Shown here piece by piece: positions 12,601 through 26,600 of a stretch of DNA of 64,000 bases. The DNA is from Balanoglossus misakiensis (lineage: Eukaryota > Animalia > Hemichordata). The notes beneath the pieces are model-generated. The model ran no database searches, was not told where the DNA came from, and was given only the letters and a program-made list of their open reading frames with translations. The stretch covers positions 4,468,110 through 4,532,109 of the forward strand of contig CM082584.2 of assembly GCA_040954595.2 (NCBI GenBank), written 5' to 3'. The number at the start of each line of letters is the position of its first letter. Position 1 is the first letter of the stretch. Made by a program: the position numbers and the translations under genes.

Positions 12601-15600
12601 GAACCTGAATATAATCAATTATTACTAGCTATTCTCATTTCTGAAATATAATAATGACATCTCAACCACCTTCCTTTAAACACGATGAAGTTGGGCCTAC
12701 GATTATCCAGATGTGGACATAGCTTTTCATAAATTGGGTTTATGTACAAGGGTGATTAAATGTCCTAACTGCTGTCTCCGAACTCTGGAAATCGTCAGAG
12801 CTTCACGATTGCTTTCGTTTCCACGGGACATACTTATTTCCTGCATATGCGTTCTGCACAGCTGGGGAATGAACAAACCAGTATTCTACATTCCAAAAAC
12901 TCCTTGATTTTATGACAATAATTACAGTAAATGCTTTTGTTTCTTGTTTAAAGTGACGACAATGGCAAAATGGCCGGATTCTTGATCGATCTGGTCAATG
13001 AAGGTAAATAATATGGTTCAGAATTATATCGAGACTTTACACTATTAGGCACGATGGATGGATGGATGGATGGATGGATGCGGGTGTGTGCGTGTGTAGG
13101 TCATCTCTGTGCCTGAATATACTTCCTTTGTCAGTAAACCGTGTCGTTTAGTTCTTTATATTGTTTCCTTTCAAATTTTGGTGGAGTAATATATTAATGG
13201 AGCGGGTTGGTCAGTGCTATGAATGGCTAAGGCAAAATACAGGGAGTATGGAGCTGGAAGGGAGATAGGAAGACATTTTCGACTGAAGAAGTTTGTAGCA
13301 TACTTTATAAGAGTAAATCACATTAGTTTCGTTTGGACAGAGCCAAATGTACCATTTCTTTCAGTATAAGTGTATCGTAATTTTGTTCTTTCATTTTTTT
13401 TTGTAAAGTTTGTAGCGAGGCCGGTAAACAATGTGAAATTATGTATGACTCCTCCAGCAACTGTTATACCCATCATGCTGGTGAACATTCTAAAATTGGA
13501 CCAGGTGAGTGTACGGCCAGGTAATTACTAGCATATACTGGTTGCCTATGCAAACTACTGTCTACGGCATTCTGGGACCGCTGGAAAGTCCAAAATTTAT
13601 TTGCATAAATATTTGAATGGATTCACACAAAAATGTATGGATCACTTTGTTGGGAGAATGTCCTCCCATTCTCGCTGGGTCTCGTGGATTTCGAAAAATA
13701 ATCTATTGCTTTGATGAGCATACCAAATAATTTCAGCTGACATTTGTTAGCAGCCTAGCCTGGAATTCGAACTGCCTGGTTGGTAATTTCGCCTAAAATA
13801 TACCCTATGTCTTTAGTGATTGACTATTAATATTATGTTACCACAGGTCTGCTGGGAAAAAGTTACGACGCCTGTTTGGGTTGGATGCAAACTGATGAAC
13901 GTGAACACTCCGTTAAGTTCACAAGCGCATTCTGGAATGACGGAAACGAGGCCTACTTCTACGTGAAGGCTGATAACCCAAAGGGATTTGACCCAGAGAA
14001 TATCGAAGGAAAAGTCATCGGTAAGACTAAAGGATTAATGCCAAGTGGCATAAGTTTTAGACAGAAGATAGAATCGTCACGTGCTGGTTTTCGATTTCAT
14101 CTTGAGAAGGCCAGTGCACATATCTCAGAGCCGAATTGTTCACTCTTGACTGCGATTGGTTAATTTCATGTCTGTCAAAATCTTAACGCCGGTGTAATGG
14201 CGCAGAGATGATTTTGCGAACAACGTGGTTCAAAATGAAATCTATTCCAGCTGGACAGCACCATCCACGGCAAATGTAATTCACGAGCATTGACATTTCA
14301 GCTCGACATGCTTAACTTTATGCTATGTTTTCAGAATGTTTGTTTTGTGTGTCTACTGCAGTTTCTTGTTCTAATCCCTGAAAGATGATCAAATGCCCAG
14401 TATCCAGCTTATTAAAGGGACAAAGTCTCTCTCTCTCTGCCCTTATTTCCATTAATTATGTTTGATACAAGACACTGTTTATGTTAATGTACATGTGGAT
14501 ATATAGTGAATCAATGATCAACCACACAAAACTTCCATCCCACTTGTATGATATGAGAGAAAAAACTCGCCCAAAATGAATAAATGGTAAAGAACGATTC
14601 ATTTTGGCGAATTTTTTTCACTCTACTGTCTATAAGAGGGATGGAAGTTGTGTGTGGTTGAACGTTCATTCGCTATATATCCACATGTAGAATAACAAAC
14701 GGTGTCTTGTATCAAATGTAATTAATGGAAAAAAGGGCAGCGAGAGAGAGACTTTGTCCCTTTAATACAACGTATGCGTATATAGTCAGCATTGTTATTG
14801 AGCAAAATTTGTATTCCAGTCCGGACTAGATTCATTTGTCAACAATAACAATGGCTGTTACACATACGCATACAGGCTATGTTGACAAGCGGAGTACTGC
14901 GTATATAAGCATGCTGTTTTGCAGTAGAACAAGAAGTTGCATTTGGTACACAGAATTCCCACACAAAAAACTACAACCAAAAGTGGATGTCGCTATGGGT
15001 TCCATACGGCACAGTTGCTATCATGCAATCTTTTCTAAATTGCAGGATTCGTTGATGGATGGGTGAGCGATAAGAGTTGTCTCCAGAAACATTATGGTCA
15101 TGGTCATGTCGACCAGACAGTCAAACCAGCTTCAGAATACATCGGCGATAGGGACCAATTGTTTGCCTCGTTGGAAGACGAAACGGTAAGCAGCAATAAA
15201 CACAACACACAAAATCAACTGTCAGCTATAAAAATTTAATTTGATTCTTTTGAATATACGGCGAAATCCTCCCAGGTCGGTTACTCATATTGACGATAAA
15301 GAATCATTCAAAATATTAATCTTAATATGCATACTAGGCCTATACACGCAAGTTCAAGAAATACAAATTTTTCTCGTATCTGCTATAACATTGAGAGTAA
15401 ATTTGGGGGTAACCAAATCTGATAAAAATCAGCTGGAAATGACTGTATATGCGGCATCTTTACCATTGCTTGGTCTCTGCAGGTCCTTCTATGTCATAGA
15501 ACGCGAACGCGAACAGCAGAAATCAAGCAATGGTAAATACGCGCCTAACCCTTCAGCCGAGTTAAATCAGATTAGGGGTCACCCTGCAAAATTTTGCTTT

Positions 15601-16592
15601 AGAGAGCAAAACTGTTTCAAATTTGAAATTCAAAATGGAGTCATAGGGCCTGACCCGCCCCAGTGGAGAGTCTACAGTGAAATGTTACAATACTAAGTTC
15701 ATTTGCTTTTACGGGCACTATATTTTTCACACGTATTTGTCTTTGCTCACTGCAGCTGAACCAACGTCTGACATTTTATTTCATTTCAAATTTTCTCTGG
15801 CAGCTTGATGCTATCTTCATCATCGGCGCATATGCACAACAAGCTGATGCACAGGGCTTTACACGCATCGGAGACGTTGTGCGCTGCGGAACAGGTCTCT
15901 ACCATGCTATGACTCGCAAGGACAGCAAACTTCCCGGCTGGTTTGATGAGACTCTCGATCAGATGAAAGAATCGGGCAAATACTATTCAGTGTGCAGTCA
16001 GGCGAAGAAGAATCACGGTAAGAAACAATGCTGTCGTTATAGAATTTTACTATTTACTAGGATTACATTTGTTACTTTATTTACCCTGAGATGAGAAACG
16101 TGTATTTATATAGTATTGAAAAAATGGTCTCCAAACTTCTTGCTGCTTCAGTTGTTGTTCTAGTCTGTAAGATGTTTCTGTCAATCCATTAATGTTTTCA
16201 ACTACCGGAGTAAATCTAAGTAACAAACATTCATGTTCATCCTATCTCAGCGTCAAATCATTCTGCCGTCAATAATAAATCAACCATCTAAGTCGCGCTA
16301 CTTTTGCATTAAAAGTCATGGACTCCATTCCCAGGGTAAACTTATTCTAATCTATAAAATGGCGTGGTCGTCAGTACATATGTGTGTACTATATCTCGAT
16401 CACAGGCAAACAGTTATGTACACTGTATACATGAAATACAGATCCGTGTGATAATTGAATAATTATATCAGATCCCCTTTAAAACGACGCAGACCACCGT
16501 ATTTATATGCAATGCTAATTACATTTGCCGGTACACTTTTTTATTTTGTAGGTGCAAAGGGCGACATCAAGTGTGTCATTCCTGAGATCTAA
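9638..16592 (+). CDS. Secreted protein (~408 aa): signal peptide, Met/Gly-rich repeated region, then a bacterial-type extracellular solute-binding domain (SBP family 3 / PBP type 2-like)
   Basis: Nine GT-AG exons with consistent phases, 1227 nt in total: 9638-9683, 11666-11952, 12390-12568, 12954-13003, 13409-13504, 13847-14020, 15046-15185, 15804-16017, 16552-16592. N-terminus MARLSCIFLLGIVVVGVNSA. Motifs EYIDDNGKMAGFLIDLVNEVC, YDACLGWMQTDEREHSVKFT, ENIEGKVIGFVDG, LFASLEDETLDAIF and FDETLDQMKESGKY parallel the HisJ/ArtJ/GlnH family pattern. AATAAA signals at ~16729-16785. Confidence 0.85.
14416..14761. mobile_element. Fold-back MITE (family 3), TTAA target, in an intron of the SBP-domain gene
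   Basis: TTAA|AGGGACAAAGTCTCTCTC ... GAGAGAGACTTTGTCCCT|TTAA with long imperfect inverted arms. Confidence 0.85.
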
Positions 16593-17850
16593 ACGACAGG
16601 TGCCACAAGCGTTTCGATCCTGTCAACGAAGAATGCCAAAACAAAAACAATTTTGAAATTGTTGAATACTTTGTACAACGTATGTTTTTATACGTACCTT
16701 TTTTTATTGATTGCAGGTATTTAGATGCAATAAAAAATAAAATGTCTTTTTGACACAATATCAAACTTGTATCATTCATAATAAACACGGTTTGATGTTG
16801 TCCGCTCTGACCTTGCGTTGTGATGACCTTCGTGATTGTTGAGTCAGCGATAGGGATACCTGGATGGGTCAAGGATGATACACGTTGAGATACATACCCT
16901 TGACCGAGACCAAGGTCATATGGTTGAGGCTAGCTTGCGGGGTCTTGTTTTTATATGCCAATATTTTTTTATATCATTGCGACCCTCAGGGAATGCGGAC
17001 CAAATAACAGGCAGCAGAGTCTTGGTAACCGTATAAAGTATGCATCTGTGATCATCGCTTTCAAGTTTCAAGTGAGCAATCAAACACAAAGTAAATACAA
17101 AGGTGTGATTGCTTTCAATGGAGAATAATATGTAAGGACACTTGCGGTTCAGCCTTGAGCGCGCTTTACAAATTTTAACTGCTCGTAAATCGTTCATAAT
17201 CAATGTGCTAACGTGCATTGTATTGAAACTTGCAATTTTGGGTGATGCATCAGTTTCACGTTCTTTCCGGAGGAGTTTGCGCCTGCAAGGCGGCATGATG
17301 TACCAGGCAGAAAACGTGTGATTTCGCAGTTAAATCGTCGCGTGAAAAATACGATATTAATGAAAAGAACCACTGACGTTCACAGATTAATCGCACCTGG
17401 TCTCATTCCCACGCGTATTACACACCAACTGATGGTGATGACGTCAAGTTCGAAATCGACATCATACATGTTCACATCTGATTGTATAATGACAAAGGAG
17501 ACGCGATTAAAACTGATATGAAGCCACAAATGGGTCATTCGAAGCCACAAGGTCAAACAGAGTAAGACGAGACGTCGAAGCGATATAAACACAAAAGTCT
17601 CGAATCTGTGCTCCTTTTCTCGACCTTCGACGAAACTGCCGAGGGGTCCTTCCGCCCGGCTCAGCTGGGCAGGGGGTATAGGAAATGTAGTCTCCGGGGC
17701 CTATCTTGACGTATTTGTCGCCAATTGTCAGTGACGCAAATTATCACTTCAAGACGACACAGCACAACACTATAAAGCTAGCTACAAATATTGCGTACAT
17801 ACATAAACTGACCGTGGACCTTCGAGTCTGGAGTCGTAAAACAAGTTACG

Positions 17851-17867
17851 TCGCTAGGAGGCGCTAG
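17851..17867 (+). promoter_or_regulatory. Candidate CTCF-type site between two convergent genes
   Basis: TCGCTAGGAGGCGCTAG resembles the CTCF core consensus (CCAC/GYAGG/AGGGCGC). Motif match only. Confidence 0.35.
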
Positions 17868-18737
17868 ACAGTAAGATATACGTACAGCTAAGCAACTGGT
17901 GACATCACACACCAAATTAAACATATTCAATGTTTACATCAAACTGTGAAAAATAGTTATTTCATTCTATACAAAACAGACGACACTAAAATATGCCATC
18001 TTCTCCTGAATATTTTTATTCCCAGATAGTTGAAAACCCCAAACAGATATGCTAATAAAAGTAGGCATAACAAAAAGTTTTCTAAGACACCATATATATA
18101 AATATACAATATATAATAAATCTTCCAGTTGAAAATAAATCAATAAATATCACAATTTCATCAAATTCTCTGTAATACTGTATTGTATACTTCACGTTTA
18201 CTTTAACCCTATCTGCACCATGGTTTGGTCCAAATCTTGTGTATTCTATGGTAAAGTTAGACCTCTATAAAGAGAACTGGGGGTGAAAGGGCCAATCCCT
18301 GCATCTGATTTTAAAAGTTTGCATCATAGTACCGGTAACGGTAATATTATGACAAGATATAAAGTTGTGTAAACAGTTTCAGCCTATGGTTGCCTGGCAA
18401 CTACACTATCACTAATAAACAATTGCATGTGTAATGCCATGAATAATGAGTTACACGATCACTTCAGTTCTCACATGAAGGCAACAAATGTGGTGGACGG
18501 GGACTGAGATATTGGCATTTGATTGGAATCACTGAATCAGCAGTGGCGGAAGGCCACAATGTCAAACAAAGGCACAATTATTATATTTTTACACTGCCTT
18601 GAATAGAAACTACCCTGAGCCAGTACCAATAACATGTGCTGAGGGGGTACAGTAACTGGTATATTGTATACGTGCGTATGGATGGTTCACTTCAGGATTC
18701 CGCAATAAAGCCCTATTTCAATCCCCGTCCTTCACCG

Positions 18738-21108
18738 TCATATTATCAATGGCCTTCTCTCTTCACTGGTCTGTGACGTGCTCAGAACGTTCTCCTCTGG
18801 CTCACTTCCATCTCCACTATCAGACTTTTCCGGGGTGGGCTCCTCCGTTTTTTCCATCTGCTCTGCCAGGTATTTCTCTTCACAATTTCCGGCATCTGCT
18901 TCTCGAGTGTCCCACCGCTGGCGACAACTGGCCATCCAGCCAGCTCTTGTCAATGTGAAGACTGCTTTGCTCATGAACATACATCCTATGATGAAGAAAT
19001 AGCCACTGTATATCAGGAACTGAAAAACAAAAAGAGATCAATTCAAAGAGTTAAAGGCACATAAGATGCAACTTTTGGGATAATTATCATAATTTTTGTT
19101 TCAAACTGTACTACCATTAGTCTATGCAGATGAAGGCAGAGAACTAAACACAAGCATTATAAACCCTAACTTTTAATAATAGTGCAATTTAGGTTCCAAC
19201 AGTGCCACTACAAGTATAACATCGTTATTTTGTAACTTGTGAACCAAGTACAGATCGACAAACAGTAAAACATTAAAGCTAGTGTATCCTAAGAAATGTC
19301 AAATTTTAACCTGTGTGTTTGCCGGCAGATGTAAGCCGTGCTGATCTACCACAATCACTGTCACAATACTCTGCAGTGCCAAGGCCAGGAAGGTGTTGCA
19401 ACCGAACACCAATGCATAGCGTTCTGTGGTGAGGTGAGATGCTATCTGGAAACTAGAATGATACCAGTTGTGAAACAGTGTGAACTACAGAATGCAATGC
19501 CAAAAATGATGAGGACATAACATCAATCAATTATGCAAATATACTGCTTTATTTAATTGATACCTACCTGGCTATGGTGATTAGAAACTGATAAGATGCC
19601 CTGAAGAGTACGTAGAATCCATATGCAATCCAGATGTACGATGTGAGAGCCATGGTCAGAAGAACACCAGCATCCAGTAACGATACTATACCGAGTGTCA
19701 ACTCACCAAATATTGTCCAATTGAATCTGATAAAAGCCAGGATGAAGGCAGCAAAAGCACCTTGATGGGAAAGGAAGGAGAAAATGTTAACCAAAATATA
19801 TCTGTATGAACAATATAATCTTTAGCACTTTTTGATATCAAGGCAGTCCTGTTTCTCTTTGGCCAATCCCAAGTTATGGCCTAAGCCTCCTCCCTCCTCT
19901 ATTGGCCATGCTCCTTATACACTATGCATTATCCCTCTCGCCAAGACAAACCAAAGACTGTATGATGGAAGTAGTTTGCCCTTACCTGAGAGAGTAGCCA
20001 CAGCCTCCACAGCCCCATTGTAAATAGCAACACTGTCATCATCCGACGGCAGAATCAAGTCCCACAAATTCTGGACGTAATTGCCAACAAGAAAGTTGCC
20101 ACACGTCGCAAAAGCCCACCACAGTGACCACTTCAGCAGATGTGAGGAAGAGTAACACGTTTTGAAGTCCGTCCACAGGAACGAGAAATTCTCCTTGCAG
20201 TCTGTGCAGCATGTGGACCAATGAATGTCCAATGTTTTCTGTTTTTCTTCAGACAGGAGGTCGGTCACTTTGCTGTCTTCAGTGGCATGCCTGTCTGTTC
20301 TCATAGCTCTACTGTTATTACTTGTCTCGGCCACACCCCAGAATTCATCATCTTCATTTTGAACTCGATTTGAATCGTCTTCCACATTCTGATCATCAAC
20401 CCGGTGAACGTCAACTTGAATATTAGACCCTGCTGAAGGACTTGCATCTAACTGAGTCACATTTGTTATTTTATTTCTTTGCTTTTCTAAACTTTCCTCA
20501 TCGCTACTATCCACACATGGTTCAGGATCAGCATCTTTGTTCTTATGGAAGTAAACACTCTCTTTGGCACTTGGTAGAAAAACGCTGACAACAAATGCTA
20601 CTAACACGCTCGACAGGGAAACAATGTTGAGTTGGTAGTAAGTTGCCACTTTGAGAGACACCAGGATCTGCCCGAGAACTCCAGCAATGAAATCACCGGT
20701 CAAAATGGCTGCCCTGGTGTAACTCGTTACTCTGCGATACTGATCTGGGTGGACTACAGCATAGATGTACGAGTAGTAGGCGATTTCTGTTGCTGTTGCC
20801 GCGCCGTAAACGAACTGCATCAGTTGCATGGCTTGGACACCGGAACCAAACAGAAGCAGCAGCCATGTCCCGATGTATGCAACTGCTTCGAGAATGATGA
20901 CTGGCTTATACCTGAGGAAGTCTGTCAGCAGAAAGACAAACACCAATGCTGCTAGATAGGAATACGTCCAAATAGGGTAGATCTCGTTTGTAACTTCCTC
21001 TGCGGTCAGGTTTTTATCTGTGCGTAAATATGGCGTAAGGAAAGGCTCGGATGGCCGCATCTCCTTGAAAAATCCATACAGGCACAGTAGAACTGTAGCA
21101 AGCACCAT
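18738..21108 (-). CDS. SLC19 family thiamine transporter / reduced folate carrier (SLC19A2/A3-like), ~579 aa
   Basis: Exons 19986-21108, 19568-19760, 19311-19452, 18738-19019 (1740 nt, phases consistent). Family motifs [84 protein letters not shown]. Confidence 0.95.
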
Positions 21109-21781
21109 GTTTGTTTACAAACAGATTGGACATTTATGGACTTTATTGCAAATAGTGTTACGTGTTAAAATTTGAAACTATATCTTCAGATCATGTCCCC
21201 GCTTCGGGTTTTGTGAACACGAAATGTGAACGGTGGAAACTAGCAGTCCACATGAAAACTTGTTCCGTCAACGCCCACGTCTGCATGCAGCAGTGTTTGC
21301 TGGAGCGTAGATTCGGGTCGTGACAACTTGCAAAGACCAATCTAATAACTCTTGTGTACTTTCTGGACAGTGTTTTCAACGGACCGTCACATCTGTTGAT
21401 ATAACGCAAAACGCAAACGGCCATAACAAACTGAAATGACATTCACATACATTTGATAGCATTTCTCAAACAGTCTAAACAACACGATCTAACATCTGAA
21501 ACATCTAAAAACAATAGCAAAGAGTTCTTACTTCTTTGGCAAGACTCCACTGTAACTACAGAACAGTAAATCGGCGAACAAAACAGTAAACCAACAGGTT
21601 TCACAGGAACAGCCTCCGTACAGTGTTCACGACGTGTAAACAGAAATCGGTAAAACAGAGTTCGTATGGGGTCATGGGTCATATTTAATTGCTCATTTCC
21701 GGTATGTGAGGGCGGGCTTCCAATAGCTATAAACTGTCCACCCATCATGCATGGTGAACATAGCAATGAATTATGTATGGA

Positions 21782-21960
21782 TGTGTGTGTGTGTGTGTGT
21801 GTGTGCGTGCGCGCGCGCGTGTGTATGTATGTATGTATGTATGTATGTATGTATGTATGTATGTATGTATGTATGTATGTATGTATGTATGTATGTATGT
21901 ATGTATGTATGTATGTATGTATGTATGTATGTATGTATGTATGTATGTATGTATGTATGT
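21782..21960. repeat. (TG)n(CG)n followed by (TATG)n microsatellite
   Basis: Directly visible. Confidence 0.97.
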
Positions 21961-22482
21961 AGTATACTCTCTTGTTTCAAAGAATATTCTCTGCGCCACA
22001 GACCAGGATAGTTGTGCCGTTTCCCACAATTTAATTTAGCGCCCCTTAAACTGACGATCTATGCGACATGGTGCCACCCCATGATTCCGTGAGTAACAGG
22101 CGATGCGTGACTTGCTGAATTGACCAAAGCCCGAAATATTATGGCCTATAACTAAAACACTATAGACGCGATAAAACTGTGACGGAGAGCATTGTCGGCT
22201 GTGGTGTGCTTTGCATGGTTGTTGGTGGGCACCTGGAGAGTGATTTATTCACATTCATATTGTTAACAGGAACGCGTGACATTAAAAGGGGAATTCAATT
22301 ACCTTTTACAAACACTGAACATACTATAATTGTATACGGATGCAATGTTTGACTAACGGCCCCTAACTTACAACTTCATAAATTCAGAAATGGATACATC
22401 AAAACAGTACAGCAAAACCCCCTAGATCGAATGTGGCATTTTCACAAGCGAGCACCGCACCTAATTTACACGCAAACATATA

Positions 22483-23261
22483 CAGGTGACTTGACAGGTG
22501 GTCTAACGCGCAGGTTGGCCGGTTTTCGACTTCCAAATCAAATAGCGTTCAACATACAATGTACATGTATTTATATTGGCCGGCTTCATTGGAAAGATTG
22601 CCACTGGAGTTTGTTTTCAAGACTTTTAACGTTAAAAAGCCATTATCTGTAACTTTTGTATGTATCAACTACAATTTCTTGCTGCCCTCCCTACATAATC
22701 CCCAAAATAAAAGTCGTACACGTGTATGCATGGACCTTTTGGACAAACGCACTAAGTCCTGGCCTGAATAAAGTGTTTGTTTCTCAGGGGTCTGTGGTTT
22801 GAATAACACCAATTATGAGCATATGGAATATAGTGAGAAGACGAATATTAGAAATCTGGTTTCGGGAACCGAAAAGGAAACAATCAGTGGTTGATACAAC
22901 AATTTAAAAAAAAATATATAATACCAAATGCACAGATAGTGGAGATTTAATGCGTATGACCAATGGTATAACACAGTCAAAAATGTGAAGCTGTTGAATT
23001 GTTTTATTCGTGTTCATTTTATTACCAGCGGAGCCTGAAACACGCGTGGCCAAATTTCCACTCCCCTTGATATGGTACTTCACCGGATAAATGTGTAAGC
23101 ACAGAGGATTGATAATTTGAGGAGTCGCTTGGTGTGACCCTGCCGCTCGGTCCCGCAGATATGTTTCTGTGTACACCGAAATAAAGAATGCTGAACGCTA
23201 TTTGTTTTGGAAGTCGAAAAACCGACCAACCTCTGCGTTAGACCACCTGTCAAGTCACCTG
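22483..23261. mobile_element. Non-autonomous DNA transposon with ~75-bp imperfect TIRs
   Basis: CAGGTGACTTGACAGGTGGTCTAACGCGCAGGTTGGCCGGTTTTCGACTTCCAAA... at 22483 and its reverse complement ...TTTGGAAGTCGAAAAACCGACCAACCTCTGCGTTAGACCACCTGTCAAGTCACCTG ending at 23261. No transposase ORF inside. Confidence 0.75.
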
Positions 23262-23614
23262 TTATTTATACAGCGGAATATTTGAGGGTGCGACATATAG
23301 AACAGGCCCTTTCAATAGATTATTCATACCCTGGTGGTTTCGATATATCTGTTTACTCTCTGCCCACCTCACTGGTGTTAAAGGAATTTTGTCCGGGCTA
23401 AAGCTACATCAACTCAAGCATGAAAATCTAAAAGAACACATCAAATGTTGGCTTGCCTTGTTATTAATATTAAAATGTCTTGCTGTTTTTTTTTCATTAA
23501 AACGACTGAATTCTTATAAAAGACACAACTAACAGACGAAAGATTGGTTGGAGAGTCTTTGCAGAGAGTCCGCGTACGTGGTTACGTCTGTGAGATCATT
23601 CCAGAGTCTCGACA

Positions 23615-26600
23615 ATGTTTCAAAGAAAACTGTTCGCAGTAATTTTCTTTTGTGTGCTCTCCTTGTTTGAATTTCCGAAATGTGACGGCCTCTTTCAGCA
23701 GCACCGTAAGTATTTAGACCGAGAAAATATCTTGTCTCTTTTTACATTTTTCAACGCGTCGGCGAATGTGTTACACTTTAAGTCGAACGCAATACTGTCA
23801 CGATTTCTCAATAATCGAATATTAGTATTACCAGCGCGTTTGAACGTGAACCTTCGTTTGTGGGTGGGCGATTTTTAATGAATGCAAAATTATGTTTATC
23901 ATTCTGCACTTTATGCCAACGTTACAGTTTGTGAAGATAAATGGGACCATTACAAAGGCAAGTGTTACTACGTGTTCCCAGGAGAATTTTACCCTTACCG
24001 AGAGGCGAGAACGGTTTGTTCTGGTCTTGGTGGAATGTTGGTTAAGATAAGCAACGATACAGAGCAACTGTATTTGAAAGGTAGGATATGATACAACATT
24101 TTCACTATAGAAATCTTGGGGATTATACTTGCGCGTTCATCAAAATCGCTTTGCCCACTCGTATACATATATGCCGATATACCTCACTACCCTCAAATTA
24201 CGCAATATTTTTGACAATGTCATGCGTGAGCAGTCGATGTTCCCACTGGGATCAGAGACACTATTTACCATTTGAAAACAGAGAGGATAAAACATTTGAT
24301 GAGTCGATCTGTGTCCCCGAACACAAAGTTGAAGCATGGACTTTGGCGCTCGGTCCCACAGAGAGCGTGTTGCTGTAACACAGGCTCAGGTCTGCCAGGT
24401 GGCCAGGAAAACACGCCTCAAATCTGAAACCTTTCGTAACATTTTATGCAAGTATTTGAGCTGGGACATTTCAGAAACAATTCAATGGTTCCTGTGTCCG
24501 ACTTTTCTATGTCGATTTCTATTTTTTCCAGGGTATATGCTGTTGAACAGAGATCTGTGGATTGGAGCAACCGACCTTGAACATGAAGGAAGATGGAAGT
24601 GGGAAGATGGAACTGCTGTAAGTCTTCACATTATTTGAACCAGCTGCATAATTGGGTCGAACATTTGCTCGTATCAAACATACATGTACCCATCATTAAG
24701 AGGTTTAACATACATGTAAATGTTACACAGTCAAGTACTTATTTTCACAGTACCGAAGTAATATATCAGCACTCAGAAGTCAGTCAAGTAATAGCCAAAG
24801 TCAACGGTTTTAGCAACTCAAACCAACGATTTATATCACATTGCATCAGAAACTACATACAGTCTGTCAGTCAGCGCGGTTTCGCGATGCTGATCGACAA
24901 TTGCGCGCCGATTATTGGCCTACACGGGTAGACTCACGCCATCTCTCCGAAATATGAACAAGCAAGCTGCATGCGCTGAAAATGACACAAGCAATGAATC
25001 ATATCCTGGACGAGGTTTTAGTGCAGCCTGGTGCTGGGTTCTCTCGATGCAGCCAGCGTGGTCTTGTCATATTTTCTGTTCACTGGTTTTGATGCGATAT
25101 CCGCCGTGAAAGCAATCGACTGTAAAGTACACGATATAAGAGCCCAAGCACAGGCATTTGGGAAATGTAGTTGATAAATACAAAAGCCATTCCTCCTGGT
25201 GTTGTATATATAGAATTTTTGAAAATTTCAATTGCTATCCGCATTGTGATTGTGACCCAAGGACTTTATGAATAGATAGATATCTCTATATGAAGCATAT
25301 TTATTGTGATTGGCAAATTGTTATAGGCCTATGATAAATATAACTGCTACTAATAATTTGTGTGTTTTGTTTAAATTGAATTTTTGAAATTTTACATAGA
25401 TGGCTTTACACTTTGCATTCTGTACAATAATATTCTGTACATGGGCAATCTCGGTTACCGCCTGCATGTCCTCCGGGACGCAGGATATGATTCTTCTTAA
25501 AGTTTTGGTTAATTTACTGGAGATGCTTTACATAATAGGGAGGGAGGGAGGGAGTCAGAAAACTTCCTTGGTGTGCAATGAACCCATGTATGCCGCATTT
25601 TGAAGAATTGTCACTTCGGGAAAAAAGTGGAGTATTTTACAATGTTGCGACCTAATCGATAACTGACAGTGGAATAGCGTTTAAATGCTAGTCATTATTG
25701 TTATAATTACAAACGCGTCTTTGTTTCCAACAGGTAACAAACTCTCACTGGTATCCTGGGCAACCCAATAATGACAACAAAAATGAACATTGTGCCTATT
25801 TGAACAAAGATAGAGATGCGGAATGGTGTGACAATCGGTGCTCAAATCGTAAGGGATTCGTTTGTGAAAAGGATACATGTAAGTACGTCTTTGATTTAGG
25901 GTTTTCTAAGTCATTCAATGCACGGGTCCAAGTTCACGGGCAGTCACTGCCTGTATAGTAGTCCACATACCGGAAACCTACCCAAAATATGTCTGAAACG
26001 CCAACTCTGACAAATTGGTGGTATGCCTGAATGAATGTCCAGGGAGGAATAATTACTACTCCGATTCCAAAACAGAAGACCAGCTTCATCAAAAAACCTT
26101 GACCGTGTACTTAACATGACCGAAGGCTCCGGCTAATTTTGATGATTAGTGACGGGCTTTGAACAATTACCCGTGTACAATTTCGGGAAGCCGTGAACAT
26201 TTTGAGTAAGGAAGAACGACCCATGCGAGACTCGAACCCACACTGCAAAAGACAATGTTCTCTTGTTTTCTGTGCAGTATGTAAAGTTACCGCCGTCGGT
26301 GTAGAAAGTGGCGCCATTCCTGACTCACAAATGACTGCCAGTAGCTATCACGATGCAAAACACGCACCTTACCAAGGAAGACTACATTTTCAAAAAACCG
26401 GAGTTTACCATGCTTGGTGTCCAAGACTTCACGAAGTCGGACAGTGGTTACAAATAGACCTCGGTCGTACCGAGAAGGTTGTCAAAGTGGCGACGCAGGT
26501 AAGGAATCTTCTCTATCGCCTCTAATTCTTTGCCCTTTTTTTTCGGAGCCCACGTCGAACATTTTTGTGATAGAGAACCAGGATTTATGTATAGCTGAAT

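Noticed and set aside
9638-16592. Bacterial contamination as the source of the SBP-like sequence
   Set aside because: The gene has eight canonical spliceosomal introns, contains host MITEs and sits between ordinary animal genes.
21666-22039. ORFs with CMYV/HTYI repeats
   Set aside because: Translations of the (TATG)n microsatellite; the same applies to 36439-36663.
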